Of a stretch of DNA of 64,000 nt, positions 55,184 through 64,000 are shown piece by piece (the stretch's first letter is position 1; the number at the start of each line of letters is the position of its first letter). Source of the stretch: Eledone cirrhosa (Eukaryota); NCBI GenBank assembly GCA_964016885.1, contig OZ024757.1, positions 33,666,001-33,730,000 of the forward strand. Direction: 5' to 3'. Below the pieces are notes generated by a model. That model did not search any database. It saw only the letters and a list, made by a program, of their open reading frames with translations, and had not been told where the DNA came from. Both the position numbers and the translations under genes were made by a program.

Positions 55184-55330
55184 AGGAAAATGTTAGACGC
55201 CGTCGAAACGGCTTGAGCTCTGCCGTTGGGGTCTAACATTTTACTATTACCTACTCTACTACACTAAGTATTGAGTACTTTGGTGTGTTATGGTCCATCC
55301 AGTTCCTTACCACACCTCCTTCGTTTTATA
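55183..55330 (+). mobile_element. Fold-back insertion with 3' half of a hammerhead, family copy 3 (short inverted arm)
   Basis: AAAATGTTAGAC...GTCTAACATTTT encloses GAAACGGCTTGAGCTCTGCCGTT; same tail; sits at the end of a long TA-rich array. Confidence 0.65.
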
Positions 55331-55445
55331 TATTTACATATATGATGGCCAGAAGATCACTGAGGACGGATAGTCCTGGCTTCTTACTCTATTTTTAATT
55401 CATATGTATCACATCCGCAACAACGCAGCACACCATTTTTCATTC

Positions 55446-55515
<70 letters not shown>

Positions 55516-55727
55516 TCATCGTTTAACATCCATTTTCCATGTTAGGTAGGGTGGGCTGTTCTGTTGTGCGAGATCCAGGTCAGAGGACCGTGTTTTGCTC
55601 ACACAGAACTGATTTTGGCCTGGTTTCTACAGCTGGATGCTCTTCCTAACACCAATCACATTTACAGTGTGTACCAGGTGCTTTTTGTTGTGACACCTAC
55701 ATGACCACTTTACACTGTATATATATG

Positions 55728-56500
55728 TCATCATCATCATCATCATCATTGTTTGACGTCCATCTTCCACGCTAGCATGGGTTAGACGGTTTTGTCCCAT
55801 TTGATGCAGGATTGGTCAGGAGACCGTGTCTCACTTGTACAGAACTGTCTCTGGCAGGTTTTCTACAGCTGGATGCCCTTCCTAACACCAACCACATCTA
55901 CAGTGTAGACTGGGAGCCTTTTTATCGTGTCACCAACACGACCACTTTACAGTGTGGACAGAAGTGGGAGGATGGAGTAGGACGTGTTGGGTGAGGTGTA
56001 TTTTGGGTTAAGAGGTGACTACTGACTGTAGGTTTAAGTTTTTATGCAAGGGAAGGTGGGTCTTCTGTATAACTGCATGGCACCAAAGATCTCAATCCAG
56101 TGACATTGTCTTAGAGAGGTGTAAGTGAGCAAGGTCAGATTTTATCACTTCGTCCCGGGTTTTTCTTGGTCTACCCACTCCGTAGCTTCCATCAATTTTG
56201 ATCGCTCTGCACTTCTTTATATAGTTGTTGTCCTTCATACGCATCACATCACAATCTCTTCTCCTGCATACAACATTTGATACCTCCTATGCTTAGTCTC
56301 TTTCTCTCTCTCTCTCAATTCGTTTATGCTTTGCCGTTCGCATACATTACTATTACACATCCATTGGAGCATGCAAGCTTCATTTTTTTGTAATCTACAC
56401 AAGTCTTCTGCACACAATGCCCAGGTCTCACTACCATGTAATATTGCCGTTCATATACAAACAACATACAATCTGCCTTTCATTTTTAAAGCAAAACCCT
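55728..56500 (-). mobile_element. Older RTE-type LINE 3' end with long 3' UTR
   Basis: Decayed LHGSETW/NEACMLQWM at 56340-56445, followed by a UTR with TTCTACAGCTGGATGCCCTTCCTAAC and a (GAT)n tail. Related UTR-only pieces at about 5645-6430, 46089-46247, 47410-48060, 52360-52760, 56790-57720 and 63590-63980. Confidence 0.7.
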
Positions 56501-59500
56501 TTATAAATGTGATGAAGTGATTGTAAGTGATTAAATATTTTAAACACTCTTTGATTGTCATTAACATTGTATTTCAGCTCTATAGTAAACTTGTTATTTT
56601 ACATTGAACTATTTTCATACTTGTAATTGTGTAATATTTATTATTACTCACATTATATATATATTTATATAGCTGCAAATATATATATAAATTTATAGAG
56701 ACTTTTCCTACTATATTAAGCGTGAAACTAATATATATCTTTATTGAACTTTGTCGTCTGTTGTGTTTTTTTTTTCCGTTTATGCATATATTATCATCAA
56801 CATCATTAGTTAATGTCCATTTTTCCACATTAGCATGGGTTAGACGAGTTGTCCTGTTGTGAGCCAAATCAGATCAAGTGACCATGTCTTGCTTATACAG
56901 AACTGTTTCTGGCTTAGTTTCTGTAGCTGGATGCTATTCCTAACGCCAACCACATTTACAGAGTGGACTGGGTACTGTTTATTGTGGCACCAAGATGACA
57001 ACTATACAGTGTGAACCGGGGGTTGGGAGGTGTGTGTATCGAGGGTGGAGATTGAAGTGAGAGCTGGTGAAGGGTGAGGTGTTCAAACTTGGGAGGTTTG
57101 TGAAAAGGGGGAAGGGAAGGGGAAAGTGGTGCATACTAGATTAATGTTTCAGCCTGTGCACATGGGAAGGCGGGTCTTCTCCATTGCTGCATAACACCAG
57201 AGATGCCCTTCATCAGGCCAACCACATTTACAGCATGGGTTAGATGAGTTATCCTGTTGTGGGCAATTCTAGGTCAGGTGACCATGTTTTGCTCATACAG
57301 AACTGATTTAGGCTTGGTTTCTACAGCTGGATGCCCTTCCTAACACCAACCCCATTTACAGTGAGTACTGGGTGCTTTTTGTGGTGACACCTACATGACC
57401 ACTTTACAGTGTGGGCTGGGTGCTTTTTGTTGTGGCACCAAGACGACCATTTTACTGTATGGACTGGGTACTTTTTGTCATGTCACCAATATAATCACTT
57501 TACAGTGTGAGCTAGGCGCTTTTTGTTGTGTCACCAACACAAGCACTTTACAGTGTGGGTTTGTCCATTTATATGTGTGGACTGAGGGTTTTTTGCCGTG
57601 TCATTAACACGACCACTCTACAGTGTAGGCTGGGTGCTTTTTGTTGTGGCACCTACACAACCATTTAAAGTGTGGGCTGGACGCTTTCTGTCGTGGCACC
57701 TACACAACCACTTTACTGTGGCCTAGAGTGGGGTAGGTAGATCTAGGGACACGGGAGGTGTAAGGAAGATGGGGAAGGTAGAGGAGAGTGGTGCATACTA
57801 AAAGTATGCTTCAATTTGTGCACATTCCATTTCTCTTCACAACATTCATCACTGGAACTATTCCTCTCACCCTGTCACTTTCATCCTTCCTCAACACATG
57901 ACCCAACCATCTCATTTCATCTCTTTTCACAACATACACCACTGGCTCTATTGCCATTATCTTTTGCAACCCATTCTTTATCTCCCTCATTCATGCACCA
58001 GACCATTCTCATTTCCATTCTTTACACCCTCAACACCAAAACAGGAATTTAAATATAAGTTGCTTACCTACGAATTTGTGAAATTAAAAACTCAGATCTT
58101 TTCCAACAAAGATGGTGATGATGATGATGATGGTGGTGGTTATGATGGTGGTTATGATGGTGGTGTTGGTGGTTGTGGTGGTATAGATGATTGTGTTGGT
58201 GGTGGTTTTGGCAGTAGTGTTTTTGGTTGTATTTGTGGTGGTAGTGGTGGTGGTGGTGGTAGTTGTGGTGCTGGTGTAGTGTTGGTGGTGGTGGTAGTGG
58301 TGATGTGGTGGTGTAGTGTTGGTGGTGGTGGTTGTGGTGGTGGAGGTGGTGGTAGTAGTGGTGGAGGTGGTGGTGATGGTGCTGTTCTTGGTAGTGGTGA
58401 TTTTGATTCTAGTAGTAGTAGTAGTAGTAATTTAGCCCTAGGCAGTAGCAAACTTTATGATTGTGAAATGCATACATCATCATTGGAAGGTGTCTTTGAG
58501 AAGGGTAGACTCTCTTTCTGGTTATATAACAAGAGAGATGAGAAGAAGGGTCATTGGAATAGAGGTGGCGATGACGACGATGATGATGATGATGGTGGTG
58601 GTGGTGGTGGTGGGAGTGAGAACGACAGAGCGGTAGCATTTTCAAAGACGTTTAAAAAGACAAATGAAAATGGCTGAGAAAAAAAATCTGTTGTATTTTT
58701 TTGTTTTGTTTTGTTTTGTTTTGTTTTGTTTTGTTTTGTTTTGTTTTGTTTGTCTTTTGGTGTTTTGGTTTATTTTAATTTTATTTTGTTTTCTTTTTTT
58801 GTGTGACCCCCTCCCCCCTAAAAAACCGTATAGAAGAGAAAGAAAAATAGCGACGCAGTATTGGTTACCGCACACACATATACACACATACATACATACA
58901 CACACATACATACATATACACATACATATACACACACATCCATACGTACAGACACATACGTACATACATACACATATATCTCTAGACACACATATCTCTA
59001 GACATACGCACAGTCACATACATACACACACACACACACACACATACGTACATACATACATACACACACATCTACATACATACACACACATCTACATACA
59101 CACACACATACATACATACATACGTACATACACCAGCACGCATATACACACACCCACACATGCGCAGGCATACACGCAAACACACCAACATACACACACA
59201 CACTCACTCACAAACGCGTTCACACACACGCTCATACAAACCGTTAGCAATAAACTTCGAAACTTAAAACTTCAATAAGGTAACTGAGTAAATCCTATTT
59301 TAGGGTTCTATTAACGGGAAACTCACATTTCTAGATGTAAAATCGAAACTGAAACACAACAACAACAACAACAGCTACAACATCAACTACAGTAACAATA
59401 ACAGCAACAACACTCATATCATATTACAACAACTGCAACAACAGCCATATTACAACAATATCAGCAACAGTAACAACAACATCACCAACGGTAACAACAA

Positions 59501-60029
59501 CAACAGTAACAAAAACAGTAATAACAACTGCATAACTAGCTGCAATAATAACAACTGCACAAACAGCTGCAACAGCAATGACAACAACTGCATAAATAGC
59601 TGCAATAATAACAACAACAATAATAGCTGCAACAGCAACAACAATAGCTGCAATAACTGCATAAACAGCTGCAACAGCAACAACTGCACAAATAGCTGCA
59701 ACAGGTGAATAGTTTGGAAGTCTTTGAGCTAAATGCATCTTTGGCAAGATGGAGATTTGAAATAAAGCCAGGACTGTGGTGTGTCTTATGTAATAGCAGC
59801 CAAATATATAAAAGCTGATGGTGGTGGTGGTGGTGGTATTGGTGCTGGTGGTGGTGCTAGTTGTGATAGAGGTGGTGGTATTGGTGGTGGTGCTGCTGCT
59901 GGTTGTGATGGTGGTGCTGCTGCTGGTTGTGATGGTGGTGGTGATATTGGTAGCAGTGGTAGTGATATTGATGGTGGTGGTGGTGGTGGTGATAGTGGTA
60001 GTGCTGGTGATATTGGTGTTGGTGGTGGA

Positions 60030-61045
60030 GGCTAGCTCTACAATGTGTGCCTTGGTATTTAGCATCCTATGGTGTCTCTACGATATTCCTGGCTATTTAG
60101 CACCCTAGGTCATCTCTACAATGTGTGACAGGGTATTTAGCACCCTAGACTGTCTCTACAATGTATGCCTGGGTATTTAGCTCTCTAGACAAACTCTACA
60201 ATGTTTGTCTGGGTATTTAGCACCCTAGACAAACTCTACAATGTCTGTCTGGGCATTTAGCACCATAAGCTATCCCTACAATGTGTGTCTGAGGATTTAG
60301 CACCCTAGGCTAGCTCTGCAATGTGTACCTTGATATTCAGCACCCAAGGGTAGCTTTAGAATGTATTTGTGTATCTAATGTCCCAGGCTAGCTCTATAAT
60401 GTATATCTGGGTATTTAGCACCCTAGAAAAACTCTGTAATATGTGTCTAGATATTTAGCACCCAAGGCTAACTCTACAATGTCTTCCAAGCTATTTAGCA
60501 GCCTAGATTGTCTCTACAATATTCCTAGCTATTTAGCACCCTAGGTCATCTCTACAATGTGTGGCAGGGTATTTAGCACCCTAGACTGTCTCTACAATGT
60601 GTGACAGGGTATTTAGCACCCTAGACTGTCTCTACAATGTGAGACAGGGTATTTAGCGCCTTAGACTGTCTCTACAATGTGTGACAGGGTATTTAGCACC
60701 CTAGGTCATCTCTACAATGTGAGACAGGGTATTTAGCGCCCTAGACTGTTTCTACAATGTGTGACAGGGTATTTAGCACCCTAGACTGTCTCTACAATGT
60801 GTGACAGGGTATTTAGCACCCTAGACTGTCTCTACAATGTGTGACAGGGTATTTAGCACCCTAGACTGTCTCTACAATGTGAGACAGGGTATTTAGTGCC
60901 CTAGACTGTCTCTACAATGTGAGACAGGGTATTTAGTGCCCTAGATTGTCTCTACAATGTGTCACAGGGTATTTAGCACCCTAGGCTATCTCTACAATGT
61001 GTCACAGGGTATTTAGCACCCTAGGCTATCTCTACAATGTGTGCC
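60030..61045. repeat. 40-bp minisatellite
   Basis: GGGTATTTAGCACCCTAGACTGTCTCTACAATGTGTGACA; homogeneous in the 3' half, diverged in the 5' half. Confidence 0.95.
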
Positions 61046-61347
61046 CCCTTCGCTCAAGTATGCACCCTGTTATCTCAACTAAAATAATTTCAACTTAGTT
61101 TTGCAGACTGACAAACCTAAATTTTGACACTTCTTGATCTGACCTCTCCAAGAAAATCATTAAGCCTACATTTTCCACTAAACCATCCCAATCCACCCAC
61201 ACCACATCATGTGACAGGTCATAACACCATACAACCTCCTGTACTGCTCTCAATATTTCTACAGTGCTGCTATGCAACAAAAATGTTTAGAAATATATTT
61301 ATTGATTGCAGAATTTTATTATACATAGAATTTAATTATACAAATTT

Positions 61348-62035
61348 GTATAAAACTGTGGTCTGTGTCCAAGTTGACTTTAATGGTAATTTCAGCCCTG
61401 TATAAAACTGTGATCCTTTAAGGTTCAGTAATGTACTTCTCTGAAGTCTGTGCCCTAAGTGGCTGCCTAGTTGACTTTAATGGTCGTGTCAGCCCTGTAT
61501 AAAAATATGATCCTTAAAGGTTCTGTAATATACCTGTCTGAGGATTGTGCCCAAATTGACCTTAATGGCAGCACAAGCCCTGTATAAAACTGTGACCCTT
61601 TAAGGTTCAGTAATGCACGTCTCTGAAGTCTGTGCCCTAGGAAGTTGCCTTTTGGCCTTAATGGTAGTGTTAGCCCTGTATAAAACTGTGCTTCTTTAAG
61701 GTTCAGTGATGCCCCACCTCTCTGAGGTCTATGCCCTAGGTAGCTACATAATTGGTCTTAATAGAAATGCCAACCCTTTCTAAAACTGTCATTTAAGGTT
61801 CAGTATGGCACCTCTCTGAAGTTTGTGCCCTAGCTGGCTGCCTAGTTGGTTTTAATGGAAACACTGACCATTTCTAAAACTGTGTCCTTTAAGCTTCAGT
61901 TTTGCATCTCTCTGCAGTCTCTGTCCTAGGTGGCTGCCTTAATGGTAGGATCAGCCCTGTATGAAACTCTGATCCTGTAAGGTTCAGCAATGCATCTCTC
62001 TGAGGTCTATGCCAAAGGTGTTAGCCTAATTGACC
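61348..62035. repeat. Diverged approximately 90-bp tandem repeat
   Basis: TATAAAACTGTGATCCTTTAAGGTTCAGTAATG...CTCTGAAGTCTGTGCCCTAGGTGGCTGCC; a single unit also occurs at about 41765-41860. Confidence 0.8.
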
Positions 62036-62142
62036 TTAACCCTTTCGCATTTAAACTGGCCACATCCAGCCACAATTCTCTCATCTCTATCTCTTCCAAC
62101 CAGCCATAACATGAATGTACATATCTATATACACACACACAC

Positions 62143-62492
62143 ATCATCATCATCATCATCATCATCATTTTACGTCCGCTTTTCCCTGCTTGCAAGGGTG
62201 GGACGGGTCTTATTCAGCACAGCATCTCTCCACTCGTCACGGTCCCTCGTCATCTCCACCGTGAGCTTCAATGATCTGAGGTCTGTTCTCACCACCTCCG
62301 CCCATATTTTCGTGGTCTTCCTCTACCACGTCTTCCTTCAACTGGCATTTCCTGGCACTTCTTCACCCATCGGTTATCCTCCATGCGCATCACATGTCCA
62401 TACCACTTCAGTCTCCTCTCCCGTACACTACATTCTATCCCTCTCAGACACAGTTTCTCTCTCAACACATTTGTGCTGGGTCGTTCACGCAC
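62143..62492 (-). mobile_element. RTE-clade LINE 3' fragment, near-identical to 7551-7900
   Basis: Few substitutions and a 1-nt deletion relative to the 7551 copy. Confidence 0.9.
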
Positions 62493-63173
62493 ATATATAT
62501 ATATATATAGCATGGAAGGAGGACGTTAAACGATAATGATGATATACATATATATACATATGTGTGTGTGTATATATATATGTATGTAAATATATATATA
62601 TATATATATATGTCTGTATATATATATACGTGTGTGTGTGTTTGTGAGTGTATAGGATGGCCCATAATCGTTTACACAATACAAATGCATAAAACCACAG
62701 ACAGTGGTCAAACAATACTTTTTTATCACCCTCCCTCTCTAATGCACCTCTCTCTTACCTTCTTCCTCTCTATACAACTCACAACCCATAGTCCACTACT
62801 ACCACCACCGTATCTACTACTACTACTACCACCACTATTACCACTACAATTACTACTACTACCTGCACCACCACCATCACCAATACTACTACTACCACCA
62901 CCACTATTACCACTACTACTACTACCACCTGCATCACCACCAAACTACCACCACCACTACTACTATGGCCACCATCTTCACTATTACTACTACCACTACC
63001 ACTACCACTACCGCTGTCACCACTACTACTAGTACAACCAGACACCACCAACAATAACAGTACCATCAGCACTGGGTGAAGTGAAAAGATGCCATTATAA
63101 GTTCATTAACCTTACCTTTACAAAAGGGAATCATTGCGAATATAATCTCTCTTTTGTACTCTAATGCACACAC

Positions 63174-63213
<40 letters not shown>

Positions 63214-63218
63214 ATATT

Positions 63219-63321
<103 letters not shown>

Positions 63322-63335
63322 ATATGTATATACAC

Positions 63336-63367
<32 letters not shown>

Positions 63368-63372
63368 ATATT

Positions 63373-63491
<119 letters not shown>

Positions 63492-63501
63492 ATATGTATA
63501 T

Positions 63502-63543
<42 letters not shown>

Positions 63544-64000
63544 ATATTTATATATATATATATGTATATATATAAGACCCGCCTTGCCTAAGTACAAAGC
63601 AAAACCTACAGTCAGTAGGCACCTCTAACAAAAATACCCCCCCCCCCCCTCGTCTCACTACCCCCCACTCCATCCACACCACCCCTTTCAATGTAAAGTT
63701 ATGTTGGTACCACAACATCCAGGCCGAAACAAATGAGGTCATGTAGGTGTCGCAACAAAAAAAACACAGTCCACGCTGTAATATGGCCGTGTAGGTAACA
63801 CGGTAAAAACCTCCCAGTCCACACTGTAAACGTGGTTGGTGTTAGGAAGGACATCCAGCCGTAGAAAACCCGCCAGACAGTCCTATACGAGCAAGTCAAC
63901 CAATCTTGCCTCAAGTGGGAAAATTCCCGTCCAAACCCATGCAAGCGTGGAAGATGGACGTTAAATGATGATGATGATGTATATATGTATCACGATAAAT

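Noticed and set aside
57898-58677. 259-aa Gly-rich plus-strand ORF
   Set aside because: Mostly GGT/GAT repeats with no domain.

Overview
Eukaryotic, very AT-rich, repeat-dominated genomic DNA. The (TA)n/(CA)n/(GGT)n density and the SINE/LINE set suggest a mollusc, probably an octopus; this is an inference only. One convincing protein-coding gene is present: a minus-strand SLC16/monocarboxylate-transporter-family MFS gene with two coding exons (41029-39250 and 38007-37784, about 667 aa). Almost all other ORFs in the track are microsatellite artefacts. The rest is microsatellites, about ten minisatellites, two tRNA-derived SINE families, RTE, CR1 and R4/NeSL-like LINE fragments, piggyBac- and pogo-type MITEs, a Tigger fragment and two non-autonomous Helitrons. 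The most unusual signal is a set of short insertions beside (TA)n tracts that carry hammerhead-ribozyme motifs and copy-specific fold-back ends, resembling Penelope-like elements or retrozymes. They include a complete type I hammerhead core at about 1955-2058 (-). The transporter also has Gln (CAA) at the usually conserved TM8 Arg position, and a long fold-back in its last intron.
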